Origin: Hyaloraphidium curvatum SAG 235-1
Taxonomy: Eukaryota; Fungi; Monoblepharomycota
Assembly (NCBI GenBank): GCA_025558095.1
Contig: JAIVFI010000014.1
Location: 620,001 to 684,000 of the forward strand
Reading direction: 5' to 3'
DNA length: 64,000 nt
The position numbers and the translations under genes were made by a program. Of this stretch, positions 1-13,119 are shown piece after piece. The notes beneath the pieces were generated by a model. The model had not been told where the DNA came from. It did no database searches and was given only the letters and a program-made list of their open reading frames with translations. The first letter of the stretch is position 1. Every line of letters starts with the position of its first letter.

Positions 1-272
1 TTTGCATCCGCCCAGGCGACCCGATCAAGTACGGTCCCCAGGACGAGTACTTCGACGTGCTCACGCGGGACGAGGTCAAGCTCTGCGAGACGATCCGGCT
101 GGCGCCCAAGCTGTACCTCTTCGTCAAGGACACGATGCTCTCTGCGCGCGAGGAGCGTGGCTACTTCAAGAAGCTCGAGGCCAAGAAGTGGTTCCGGCTT
201 GACGTCAACAAGACGGGCAAGGTGTACGACTGGTTCATGGCGCTGGGGTGGATCCTTGCGGGGCCCGAGTAG
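1..272 (+). CDS. 3' end of a SWIRM-domain protein (Ada2/Fun19-like chromatin factor), partial
   Basis: Frame reads ...LTRDEVKLCETIRLAPKLYLFVKDTM...FRLDVNKTGKVYDWFMALGWI, matching the SWIRM C-terminal DVNK..K.YD.F...GWI pattern. Stop TAG at 270-272. Confidence 0.8.
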   Translation, partial: CIRPGDPIKYGPQDEYFDVLTRDEVKLCETIRLAPKLYLFVKDTMLSAREERGYFKKLEAKKWFRLDVNKTGKVYDWFMALGWILAGPE

Positions 273-601
273 GCCGAGGTTGGTTGCCGCTCGAGTGGCT
301 TTTGCAGGGCAGGCATGCTGACGTCTGACTTCCGCAGAAGCCGTTACCAAAACACTGCTTGTAGCGCTGGTTCGCTCACGGAAGCGCCGGACGCCCAATC
401 TGCACACTAGTTTAGATCTCTTCGGTTCTGTAGACAACTGATTGATTGATTGTACAGGTGACTTTTGGCAGGCTGAAGTTCGCGATTCTAGTCCGCCCGC
501 AGCCCCCTGTCGCAGAAACCAGAGAAAAGGACTTGACATGAACAGGTAGAGAGATAACGTCGCGCGAACATCGATTAGAACAACGTTACGTAGCACATAC
601 G

Positions 602-1384
602 TTATTGAACGTTGCCACCGAAAGGCAGCGGGTCGCCTGACTCCCCGGTAATGGCTGTCACCCGCTCAAACAGTTCCTCGATGTAGTCGTCCCTGATCCC
701 CAGCCGCACCAGCTCCGCCCTGACGCGGTAGAGGTAGTCCCTGTTTGCCCCGCTTCGCCCGACCGCCTTTGCGATCGTCTCCGCCTTCTTCGCCATCGGG
801 TACGTGTCCCTCGGGATGATCCTGGGATGCTCCGGGTCCGCCACGAACGCCACGCACGGCAACGCGCCCCCGTCCTCCCCCACGCAGTCCACCCACTCGG
901 CGACGTAGAACCCCGATATCATCTCCCTCAGCCAGACCACGGAAGTCTCCTCCTCCACGTGCTCCGGCGCGATCCGGTGCGCAACCGCCTCGCACCGCCC
1001 CCCGGGCTCCACCGCCAGCATCAGGCCCGGGCGGTCGGGCGTCCCGCGGCCGAGGAGCATCTCCGCGCAGAAGGAGCGGCGGTAGCCTTCGCACGAGACC
1101 CTGCGGGACTCGGCGACCCGGATCGCGGGGTTGTACATGAGCGAGCCGTAGGCCAAGATCCATATGGAGTCGCCGGGGGACAGCCTGGAGAGTACCATGC
1201 GCCGCGAGGCCTCGCGCTGCTCGGGCGTGGGGAGCTTCCAGGTCGGGTCGATGCGCCGGATCTCGGCCTGCACTTTCTCGACCAGCGAGAGGTTCAGCGT
1301 GTCCCGCTGCAGCAGGCCGTCCTCGCCGCGGACGATGCGCGGGTGCGCAGTGGGCTCGGCATTGCTGTCGGAAGCGTCGGGCAT
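602..1384 (-). CDS. chaC: ChaC-family glutathione-specific gamma-glutamylcyclotransferase, intronless
   Basis: Motifs WILAYGSLMYNP, GYRRSFC, GRGTPDRPGLML, WLREM and GRSGANRDYL. Likely ATG at 1384 (MPDASD). Confidence 0.9.
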   Translation of the reverse strand: MPDASDSNAEPTAHPRIVRGEDGLLQRDTLNLSLVEKVQAEIRRIDPTWKLPTPEQREASRRMVLSRLSPGDSIWILAYGSLMYNPAIRVAESRRVSCEGYRRSFCAEMLLGRGTPDRPGLMLAVEPGGRCEAVAHRIAPEHVEEETSVVWLREMISGFYVAEWVDCVGEDGGALPCVAFVADPEHPRIIPRDTYPMAKKAETIAKAVGRSGANRDYLYRVRAELVRLGIRDDYIEELFERVTAITGESGDPLPFGGNVQ

Positions 1385-1772
1385 TTCGGCGGGGCGCGGG
1401 GGCCCGGAAAGGGGAGACAAACGGGGGCGGGGCGCGGAGCCCTGGAGAAAGGGAGAGGGGAGGGCTGCCGGGCGAGGCGGCGGCGCTCTCGTGACGAGGA
1501 GCCCGGGGGGAAGACGGGGACGAGAAGGCTCTTCTTTGCCACCCGACCCCACCGCGGGTTTTACCGGTGACGGCTTTCCCGCCCCGTCCCTTGAGAAGGA
1601 AAGGACAGGAACAACTCCAGAAAGAGAGAAAGTCGCAAGACCAGGTAAGAAAGACGCCCCGGCTGCTGCCCATCTGCCCCCGGACCCGGACCCTGATACC
1701 CCCGATCGCGCGCCGCAAATGGATTGCGATCTACATCATCTACATGCCCATCGTGCCCAGGTATCGGAATGT

Positions 1773-3403
<1,631 letters not shown>

Positions 3404-3826
3404 GGCGGGGAGGTGGGAAGGGGCGGCGGGAAAGGGTGCCGCGCGGCCGAGGCCGGGCGAGGGCGCCGGCGGCGGCGGGAGCGGCGGGGGGCCGCGGGAG
3501 GAGAAGGCGTCGCGGTGTGCGCGGAAATGGCGCTCTAAGAGAGGCGGAGCCGGAAGGGCCCGAAAGCGGTTTAGTGATGGGTCGAAAGTCAAGGCTGATT
3601 TTTTCTGGTATTGCGCTCTTAGACTTCAACGAACGTCCAACTCGTCCGCTCGCTCTTTGCGCAGATCTCGGCGTCCGTCGGCGACCCGGTTCGCCCGCCC
3701 ATGCGGCGCGGCTCCCCGCTGCTCCCGCGATACCCCACCGCCCGCCGCGCCGGCCTGCCCTCCCTCGCGCCTGCCCCGTCGCCCTTCCCCTCCTCCACCC
3801 CCGCCCGCCTCCCCGCCCTCCCAGCA

Positions 3827-4733
3827 ATGCCGAAGCACGCGCGCACCAAATTCTACGCCGTGCGCGTCGGCCGCGTGCCCGGAGTATACAGCTCGTGGGA
3901 GCAGACGTCGCTGCAGGTCTCGGGGTACCCGCGCGCAGTGCACCGCGCTTTCGTCCGGCGCGACGAGGCCGAGCGCTGGCTCGCCGAAGCCTTCATCGCG
4001 GACGGGACGATGAACATTGCTCGGACCAAGGAGGACGGGTCTTCGCCCGGCGTGCAGCCCCCGCAGGCCGCCCCCGGCGCCTCGTCGTCCTCCCCGCCCC
4101 CCTCCACCGGCTCCGCGTCCCCTGCACCACCCACCTCCCTCGCCTCCGCCACCACCACCACCCTCCCCACCCTCCCCTCCCGCACCTCGGGCCACGTCAC
4201 CGTCTCCATCGACGGCTCCTCCCTCTCCAACGGCTCCTCCCGCGCCCGCGCCGGCATCGGCGTCTTCCACTCCCCCCTGCACCCCCTGAACGCCAGCGAA
4301 CCCCTGCCGGACCATTTGGCACCGCACACCAACAACCGCGCGGAGCTGTACGCCGCGTACCGCGCCCTCCAATTGTTCGACGGCGCGCCGGGGATCGTGC
4401 TGCGGACCGACTCGGAGTACGCGATCAAGGTGTTCAGGGAGTACCTGCCGCGGTGGAAGCAGCGCGGGATGAAGCGCGCGGACGGGGGGAGGATCGAGAA
4501 CCTGGACCTGATCGGGATGGTGCAGGGGCTGCTGGACGAGTGGGCGGGCAGGGGGGCAGAGGTCAGGTGGGAGTGGATCAGGGTGGGTCGCCGCGTCCGG
4601 AGAGGGAGTGAGCGCATGCTCATTCCGCGGTATGGGCGAATGCGACACACAGGGCCACTCGAACGATCCGGGAAACGAGGAGGCGGACAGGCTGGCCAAG
4701 CGCGGCGCGGCGGGGGTCACGGACACGGCGTGA
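3827..4733 (+). CDS. RNH1: Ribonuclease H1 (hybrid-binding domain, S/P linker, RNase H domain), one intron at about 4583-4652
   Basis: [32 protein letters not shown] and TDSEY, then after the intron [19 protein letters not shown]. Divergent from PP2A. Confidence 0.92.
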
Positions 4734-5000
4734 GCGCGGTGGGGCCGATCTTGGACGCACGCGGGGCGGGGAAGTGTAGCATAGGGCACTGTAGAGGGAT
4801 CTTGGACGGCTTTTCGGAACCGACCCGTCCGTGGCTGCGGGCGTGAAATCCGGATGTATTCGGTCCCAACCAGGCACTTTGTGTCCGATTCGAAAATGCC
4901 TCCAGGGCTGATGTCCGCCATCGCTGGAAGACAAACTCACAAGTCGTTCCTCGAGGCCGTCGACCCAAAAGAGATGCATCGATACCGGCCGGTCTGACCA

Positions 5001-6486
5001 TTACCCCGGGCATATCGACTCGACGGTGAAAAACACCCCGGACCCGTGCAGCACGGACCAGAACCCCAGGCTGACCGTGAAAACCGTCACCACGAGAGTC
5101 CTAAGTACGCCGAACGAGGCCGTGAACCCCAGGAATGACGCGCGCGCTCCCTCGACGTCGCAGAAAGAGGCAAGCAGCCGCTCGTGCTCGCGGAGGAGCT
5201 TCAAGACCCCCTCTTTCCCGTCCCCCGGCGTGCTTAGGCAGCGCTCGCGCACCAGCATCGCGCGTATCTCGGTCCGCGCGCGGCGGTACAGGGCGACGAT
5301 GGCGTCGATCTGCTGGTTCGATTGGGCCATGTGGGCGACGTCGGTGCACACGATCGTGAGGATCCAGTAGAGCACGCAGAGGGTGTAGAGGGTAACGCAG
5401 GAACCGACGCCCAAGTTGATGAAGAGCGGCACGAAAGCCATGACTGCCCCGAGTAGGACCAAGTACCGCCCAGTGATCATGAAGGGTATACGTGACTGCC
5501 AGGTGCTCGCAAAGCCATGGTGGAGACGTGCGTAGAGGTCGGAAGGCGGGCTGTCGTTGTGGCCTCCGGCCGGAGCTGCGTAGAGGCCGGAAGGCGGGCT
5601 GTCGTTGTGGCCTCCGGCCAGAGCCAGATCGAAGCCCTGCAGCAGATCCTCGAGGGCGATCTTCATTGCACGGCGCTGCACACGGAGCGACAGCGTTAAG
5701 AGCGCCGCGTTGGTGGGGAACCGCGCCAGTACGTTTATGGGCAGGACGTTGACCACCGCCAGTACCGCGAGCGCCCCAGGCAGACCCCACCACGAACGCC
5801 AGAAGGCGGCGCCGTCGGCGATGAGCGGGTTCCACATGACCAAGAAGGTGGCGGCGCCCATGACGAGGCCGCGAGAAATCGCTTCCAAGAGGTGGAGGAC
5901 CGCGGCCCGGTGCGCCAGCGGGCCCGCGCACGCGTCTCCGGGGGACGGGCAAAGCGAGTCTTTCTCGCGATGCCGGAGGAGCGTTGAAGATGGATCATCG
6001 GCGAGCCGCGACCAGCGCGCCAGGCTGGCGAGCGCGTGTCCCGAGTAGTCCCCTGTGGAAGGCCGCATGCGGCCGTGGTGTTTGAACGCAGACAGGAACG
6101 GCGTCAGCGGCGAACCCGGACAGCGGCACCACCACGGCGGCGACGATCCCGCCAATCAGCTGCGCATTGCGGCGCGGGTCGAAGACGGCAGCCGAGCCGA
6201 TGACAACAGCCGAGAAAACCAGATTCGCGAGATGCCGTTCGACCATCCGTGCACCCCAGGGCGCGAATAAGAAGACCGTCCGCGCCTCAAACCGCAGCAG
6301 CGCGCTCCGCAGGCCAACTTCTGCGAGCAGCATGTCGCGGTCCAACGTAGGCGGTGCCGGCAGTGTGGGGGATGCGTCCTCGCGGAGGAACACGTCCGAC
6401 TCGCGAGGCGGCACGTGCGCCGGCAGGATCGCCGCCCACTCGGCGGGCGAAAAGCTCCCTTCCCGCTTCGGTTGCATAGAATCCAT
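5001..6486 (-). CDS. 7-TM family member 1 (GR-like/DUF3537-like candidate); frameshift or unresolved intron near 6100
   Basis: N-terminal FSPAEWAAILP; LLRHREKDSLCP; C-terminal ASFLGFTASFGVLRTLVVTVFTVSLGFWSVLHGSGV..ICPG*. The two halves lie in different frames and I found no phase-compatible intron. Confidence 0.7.
5531..5620. repeat. 48-bp in-frame tandem duplication (AGGHNDSPPSGLYAAP / AGGHNDSPPSDLYARL)
   Basis: cgtagaggYcggaaggcgggctgtcgttgtggcctccggcc occurs at 5531 and again at 5579. Confidence 0.9.
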
Positions 6487-6590
6487 CGCAACTGTCTCGT
6501 CCGACCACGGCGCAAAGGAGGCCACTGACCAGCCACCCAATCCCTTGCGGCCTTTCCACAGACGTTTCCACGCGTCTCCCAGTCGCGACA

Positions 6591-8161
6591 ATGGGCCCAC
6601 CGGGCGACAAACCGCCCTTCTTCTCCGCGACCGAATGGGCCGCGGCATTCCCCTCCCCGCCTCCTCCCGAGGCAGAGCCCCTCGACGGCGGGCCCGCCCC
6701 GCGCGACTTTGCCGAGGCACTGCGGACCGACCTGACCCTCGACGACGTCGCGCGGAGCCTCGGGGACTTCCCGCTGCTGCGCGGGCAGATTCGCGTCCGC
6801 CAGAAGTTCCTATGGATGATCCCGCTGCAGCCTCTGCGGCACTTTGTCTTTGCCGCCCTCGTGACGGGTTGCCTCGCAACCTCCGTCGGGGCTGAGGGCG
6901 CCGCGTCGGGCCAAAAGGAACTGATCGGTGGATTCATAGTCGCTACTTTGGCCAGCTTTGGTTTCTTTTTCGTCTCGGTTTCAGTCGTCACGATTCTTCA
7001 AAAGGGTTTCCCGGAGCAGCTGGCGGGAAACCCAATCGTGGCAACGGGGAAGATCGTCCTTGGTGTCTTAACTGATCCGGTCTCGTGGAATGCCGTGCTT
7101 CCGCCAAGCAAGGTCGCGCTGAACGTCGCTCCGCTATCGCTGGCGGCGTGCAGGGCCGCCCCTGTCCCCCACGCGGCCGGCGCGGCGGTCTTTTCGTCGT
7201 GCTGCTGCCCGGACTGCATCGCCGAATTGCTCCGGAAAACAGGCATCCAGTGGCTGCTCGACAATGCCGTGCGGTGCACCGTTGGGTGCGCAATGGTGGT
7301 CATGTTTCTGTGGACACCGTCCGTTTCGGTGGGGACCGTCTGGCAATCATGGTGGGGAATGCTTCTATTTGCTCTTATGGTTGCTGCCGGCGTCCTGGTG
7401 TGCTTCGAGGCTTTTGTCTTTCTGCCCTCTGACCTCGTGCTTTCGCGCATCTCTGGACGTTTCCAGCTCTACCTTCTTCGCCGGTCTCTGAGCGCGCTGT
7501 TGCTACGGGCAAAGGATGCGGTTCAACGTGATGCGCCCTTTGTCGGTCCGGGAGAGCTCTGGGACAGCGCAGTGGAGCCTTACATGGATCTGCATGCCAG
7601 CATGGCTGCCTGCTGGCGAAAGGCCTTGTTGTCCACGGCGTTCTTTCCCTGGCAGCTTCCTTTCCTGATCTTGCTGTATTTGTTGGCCATGGTGGTCAAT
7701 CTGGTAGGTCTTGGCTCAGTACTAGCGTTCCTCTCTCACCAACCGTCGGCCTTGTGCAGGCAATTGGTGCCTGCCTCCCGGCCTACGCCATCACCGGCAC
7801 CTGCTATTGCTTCTCCATGCTCCTCCTGGACCTCTGGACCTTCGCGGCCGTCAACGCCGAGGTCACCGCCGCCGCCTCGCTGCACCTCTCCGCCGTCTCG
7901 ACGCTGCAGCGGCTCGCCATCGCCGCCTCGCCCCCCGACCGGCCCGCCTCCCCGCTCGCCGCGCACCTGCTCGCGCACGAGCGGGCGATCGCGGGGTGCG
8001 CGGAGGAGGGGCTGAGGAGCAGGGTCAGGTTCCTGGGGCTGTTTGTGGTCGACTACGGGTCCATGCGGGGGCTGCTGATCACGGTGGCGACGGTCGGGTT
8101 CGCGTTCGCGGGGTTCCTGAGGGGTTTCGGAGTTACGGTGACCATGGACGCGTTCTGTTGA
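6591..8161 (+). CDS. 7-TM family member 2, intron 7704-7759
   Basis: FSATEWAAAFP; CCCPDC loop; spliced VNL|AIGAC; C-terminal RVRFLGLFVVDYGSMRGLLITVATVGFAFAGFLRGFGV..AFC*. Confidence 0.8.
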
Positions 8162-8437
8162 CCTCAATCAGATGGAGACGTCTGGACCCGGATCTTCGTC
8201 TGCTTGCTTTGTATGAACGGCTTCGTGCGATCGAGGCTGTCCGACCCTAGCACGGACACCAGGTCGTGCAACTTCTGATCCGTTGCCTGGATGATCTATT
8301 CTAGCCCATCTGCGAGCTCTAGGTGACGAATCAGCGATGATCTGGTGTCCTCTTAATGACGTGAAAATGGGACCGCCGTCCACCGCATCTCCACCCGACA
8401 CCTCCTTCTCCACACGGCCCCGGCCGCCCTCGCCGCG

Positions 8438-9611
8438 ATGAGCTCCCCGGACGGCTCGCGCGGCGCCCCTTTCCGCCGGCGCGAGCAGCCGGCGGCGGAG
8501 CCGGACCTCAACTTCTTCCGGCCGGGCGCGCTCGACGCGTCGCGCGCCGGGCCGTCCCACGCGGCCGCGGAGGGCGCGCAGCGGCCGCCCGCCGCCCCGC
8601 CCGACCCCGCGCCGCCGCCGCAGCGGAAGCGGTACCGCCCCGAGAACGACGACACGCTGTACGTCCTGCCGCCCGACCCGAACTCGGCCAAGCAGGCAGA
8701 CGCCCCCGCCGCGCACCGCCCGCCCAACGCCGCCGCCCGCCCTCCCAACGAGCCCGCGCCGCTCCCGGCCCGCGCAAACCCCGCCGCCGTGCTCGTCTCG
8801 CCCACGCAGCGCGGCAACCCCGTGTTGGACTGCGTCCGCAACGTGCCGTGGGAGTTTTCCGGCGACTTTCCGGCGGACTACCAGCTCGGCCGCACCTGCT
8901 GCGCGCTGTTCCTCAGCCTGAAGTACCACCGCCTGCACCCAGAGTACCTCGCCGGGCGCGTCGCCCGCTTGGGGAGGATGTACGCGCTCCGCATCGTGCT
9001 GGTGCTCGTGGACGTGGAGGACCACGAGAAGCACCTGCGCGAGGTGCACGCGACCTGCGCCGCGGGCGGGTGCACGGCGGTGCTGGCGTGGTCCAACGAG
9101 GAGGCCGGGAGGTATTTGGAGACGTTCAAGGCGTACGAGAACAAGGGTCCGGATGCGATCAAGGCCAGGGTCGAGGACGGGTACCTGGCCAGGCTGACGG
9201 GGTTCCTGACGAGCGTGAAGGGGGTCAACAAGACGGACGTGGTGTCGCTGGCGTCGAGCGTGGGGGTGGGTGGCTTGCGGCGCTTGTCTGGTTCCGGCAG
9301 GACTTGACGCACACGACGCAAACCCACAGTCGCTCCGCTCCATCATCCAGGCCCCCAAGGAATCCCTCCTCGCCGTCCCCGGCTTCGGCGACACCAAAGC
9401 CGGCAAGCTGCACGCCGCCTTCCGGCAGCCTTTCCGGATCGACCGCTCCGGGCGGGCGCGGGACCGCGCAGCCGCCGAGGCAAGGGATGATGCGGCGGGG
9501 GGACCGAGGGCGGGGAGCCCCGACGCGGACGGGGAAGGGGACGGGGAGGAGGGGGTGCAGCCGCTGGGGAGGGATCCGAGCGACGAGGAGGGGAGCAGCG
9601 GGGAGGAATGA
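8438..9611 (+). CDS. RAD10: ERCC1/Rad10/Swi10 excision-repair endonuclease subunit, one intron at about 9266-9329
   Basis: VLVSPTQRGNPVL, ALFLSLKYHRLHPEY, LAWSNEEAGRYLETFKAYE, VKGVNKTD, and an HhH motif VPGFGDTKAGKLHAAFRQPF. Confidence 0.93.
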
Positions 9612-10160
9612 GGCTCTGGCACGGTCGAGTGTTCTAGATTCTGTGGATTCCGTTCGCCCTTCCGCCGCGATCCCAGCCCGGTCGCGTCTAAGACTCCCAT
9701 CCGCCAATGGTCAGGCTCACCGGCATTCAACATTCCCAAGACGCATTCGTCCCCGATCAGCGGTCAGCCTGCGGCCCGCCGCGGCAGTAATCGCGGTGCC
9801 GTGGCCAGTCTTTCGCTCCGTCCACGTTGTCGAGGAATTCAAAGAATTGTTGCCCTCTCTTGTTGCCCTGTCTTTCTTTTCTGGTTGGTTGGTGCTAGCC
9901 CTGTCCCGTTTGCTAACAGCACCAGCCTTCGCGCCGGTCGGTCGCCCGGCCAGGCCCCGCCCGCGATCCCTCATCTCGCCGCAGCCGTTCCCACTCTCTC
10001 CCCTGCCCCCTCCCGTGCCGTGACCGTCGCGATGGCCTGATTCTCGGGCCCATAGTTGCCGGCCGAGTGGTTCTGAGGCGGATCTGACCGCGCCGCGTGC
10101 CCATCGGGCCGCAGAAATTCGCCCGCCATCGTTGAGGGACCATTGCAAGCGGATCGCGCC

Positions 10161-11531
10161 ATGATGTCCTCCATGCCTTTCCCGAGGCGGTGGCGCTCCA
10201 TCGTGAAGCTCCTGTCGGTCGTCGCCTCCCTCCTCTTCGTCTCCTCTCGCGGCCTCCCCGAGATCGCGAACTTCTCCTCCCCGCCACCGGAATCGGTGCC
10301 GCTGCCCCGCAGCGTCCCGCCGCCCTGCGCGCCTCCGAACAGCTCCGTCGTGCTCCTAACCGGAGGCGCAGGCTTCATCGGCTCCTGGGTGGCCGAGGCG
10401 CTGCTCCGGCAAGGAAAGCACGTGGTCGTGGTGGATTCGCTCCAGCGGCGGGCACACGACATCGCCCTCCGCCGTCCCGGCCCTGTCATCGCGCGCAGGG
10501 ACATCACCCGCGAAAACACACCCAACCTCAGGCACCTCGATCGGCTGCTGGCGGAGGGGGATGTGCCGGGGAGCCTCGAGTTCCACCGTATCTCCCTCGA
10601 GGACTGCGATGCCGTGGGCGAGCTGTTCCGGCGGCACGAATTCGCCACGGTGATCCATCTCGCCGCGCTGGCGGGGGTGCGACGGAGCGTGGAGGACCCG
10701 CTGCCCTATGTGGACGCGAATGTCAGGGGTACCACGTGCATGCTCACCCACGTCTACGACCGGGCGAGGACCGCGCCGGAGATACGTTTCATCTACGCGA
10801 GCAGCAGCAGCGTTTACGGAGATAGGGTGGCAAGTTCCGGGGCCGGCGCGGCGGAAAGGCCCGACGGCGAGGCGTTCCTCGAATCCGATCACATCGAGCC
10901 TGAGGCCCTCCGGTCCCCGTACGCCGGTGGGTCCTCCGATCGCGCGTGCCTTCACATCCCCTGATGCCCTCCCCATGCAGCATCAAAGGCCGCGAGCGAG
11001 CTTCTCGTCCACACCTTCCACAACCTCCACGGCGGGCCCCCCGGCGCCCGCGTGGCCCCCAGCATCCTCCGCTTCTTCACGGTCTACGGCCCACGCGGCC
11101 GGCGGGACATGTCGCCCTTCCTGTTCCTCGACGCCGTCGCCAACGGCAGGCCGGTGCCGGTGAACGGCGTGGGGATGCGGCGGGAGCTCACGTTCGTCGG
11201 GGACGTGGCCGCGGGGATCATCAGGCTCGCCGAGGGTAGGGGACCGCCGCCCGGCGGGGCGCCGAGAACCTACAACATCGCGGGGGGGAGGGTGATCACC
11301 GTGGAGGAGATGCTGGAGCAGATCCACGGCACGTACGGGCGGCTCGCGGGGAAGCAGCAGCCGCTGACGATCGAGAGAAAGCCCGTGCCGCCGGGGGACG
11401 TGCCGTTCACGAGGGGGTCGATCGAGCGGGCCAGGGAAGACTTTGGGTACGCGCCCAACACGACTTTCGAGCGCGGGATCGAGGAGATGGTTCGCTGGTA
11501 CCTCGACGACTACGAGAAGGACGGGTTCTAG
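10161..11531 (+). CDS. Membrane-anchored extended SDR, UDP-glucuronate 4-epimerase (GAE/CapI)-like; intron 10927-10980
   Basis: N-terminal RRWRSIVKLLSVVASLLFV anchor; TGGAGFIG; HLAALAGVRRSVEDPLPYVDANVRG; YASSSSVYG; catalytic YAASK formed across the intron; LRFFTVYGPRGRRDM. Confidence 0.85.
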
Positions 11532-11681
11532 CCTGGCGGCAGGCTGGGTCACGCAACGAGCTAATACTGCAGCAGGGGGGCCCGAAGCGGTGGTATTTTA
11601 TTGGGGGAGGGGAAGATGCATGCAGTGCGAGCTGGGACATTGGCTTTCTTGCAGTATAGTGCGATAGATTGGTCTTGCATC

Positions 11682-13001
11682 TCATCTTTCGGCTGCGGCC
11701 CCTGGCCCCACCCTGGCCCGGGGAGCAGAAAGCGGCCTGCACGGCTCCCCCGGCAGCCCCCAATCGTCCTGGACCACGATCATCGTCCCGTGGGAATCCT
11801 CGCAGTCGGTCCGGTTCCGGAATACCACCAGGTCGTTGTAGTGGTTGATCCTGGCTCGCCTTCCGTCGGCGCGGATCGTCCTGGGCCTGCGGCCCGCGGA
11901 CGCGCGGAGGGCGAGCAAACGGTGCACGTCGGGCGAGGCCGCGGTCGAGGTGCGGAAGAAGGCCTTGGGGGTCTTCCTGCAGAGCTCGGGGAAACGCGTA
12001 GTGGGCAGCCCCTTACCCTTGTGGGGCTCCGGGGTGGTGAAGAAGGCGCGATCCAGGAGGATCGCGTCTGGCCGCGCGGGGTCGTTGAGGATGCCGGCGA
12101 GCGGCTCGTCGCCGCCGCGGCAGACGACGTACTCGTCCGGGTCAATGTGCAGCGCCCAGTCTGCCAATTCGCGGGCCACGGCAATGCAGTGGTGCAACGC
12201 GGCCGTTTGCTGGATGGCTCCCCGGGTCGCGGGTACGGGCATGCCGTGCCAGTGGGGAAAGTAGCGCAAGTCGCGGCCAGCTGCGCGCAGGGCGGCGGCC
12301 GTGGGAGCGAACGAGCCATCGACGTCGTACAGGACGCCGGCGTCGGCGGCGCGGTTGGCAAAGTGGTGTTCGAGCCAAAGCCGCGTGGCGTCGGGCAAGT
12401 GAGCCTCGAGCACCGAGCGATTGCGGAGGCCCTGTGAGCACAAGACCACCCTGCCCGCCGCGGCCGAGGCGTCGATGGCCACGACGTCCAGATCGAAGGC
12501 GGCGCGAAAACCGGCGTCGTCCGCGACTTCCACGTCCAACGAACGCCCGACCATGCCGCGTAGACGATCCAGGCCGGCCGCCGTCAGTGGGCACAAGAGG
12601 CGCGCCAGATCGCGATATTGCAACGGGAGGGATATTGCGGTACCCGAGCCCACGGCGCCTTTGGGGCCGAGCACAAAACTCGGCGGGAAGACGAACGCGT
12701 CCGATAGCGCGATGTTGCTGTTGCCGAGCCGGGGCTCGCCTTTGGTGAGGAAGAAGGCGAGCTCGAGGAACGCGGCGGCGTCTCCCTCGCGGTGGGACGC
12801 GTCCCAGTCGGGCGATGCCACGTCCAGCGACGCGGCGACGAGCGTCCACCCCGCACCGTGCACGGGGGCCCAGTTCCGCGTCCGCACGGCCAGTGTCCCG
12901 TCCGCCGGCGGGCCTGGCGCGCCCGGACCCGAAAGGAGAAACAGCGCCGGCAGCGCGAGCGCGGGTAGCGTCGCCCATGCGAGCACCGCACGGTGCTGCA
13001 T
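11682..13001 (-). CDS. GT-A-fold glycosyltransferase, GT92/DUF23-like family A copy 1, intronless type II membrane protein
   Basis: N-terminal hydrophobic anchor; WLEHH..ADAGVLYDVD; QTAALHHCIAVA..WALHIDPDEY (DxD); RINHY. Clear paralog of the genes at 16369 and 26441. Confidence 0.7.
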   Translation of the reverse strand: MQHRAVLAWATLPALALPALFLLSGPGAPGPPADGTLAVRTRNWAPVHGAGWTLVAASLDVASPDWDASHREGDAAAFLELAFFLTKGEPRLGNSNIALSDAFVFPPSFVLGPKGAVGSGTAISLPLQYRDLARLLCPLTAAGLDRLRGMVGRSLDVEVADDAGFRAAFDLDVVAIDASAAAGRVVLCSQGLRNRSVLEAHLPDATRLWLEHHFANRAADAGVLYDVDGSFAPTAAALRAAGRDLRYFPHWHGMPVPATRGAIQQTAALHHCIAVARELADWALHIDPDEYVVCRGGDEPLAGILNDPARPDAILLDRAFFTTPEPHKGKGLPTTRFPELCRKTPKAFFRTSTAASPDVHRLLALRASAGRRPRTIRADGRRARINHYNDLVVFRNRTDCEDSHGTMIVVQDDWGLPGEPCRPLSAPRARVGPGAAAER

Positions 13002-13119
13002 CGGGGGCGCCGTCACCGCGTGAGAGGAGCGGTGGGGGCGCTCGGCGGGGGTTTTCTTGGATTCTAATGAGGATCTACGCCGCGCGCGCTAGCGACCCCA
13101 CCTCGCCGCGCCCGTGATC

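Noticed and set aside
3827-4733. RNase H as part of a retroelement
   Set aside because: It has the cellular hybrid-binding domain and an intron, with no RT or integrase nearby.
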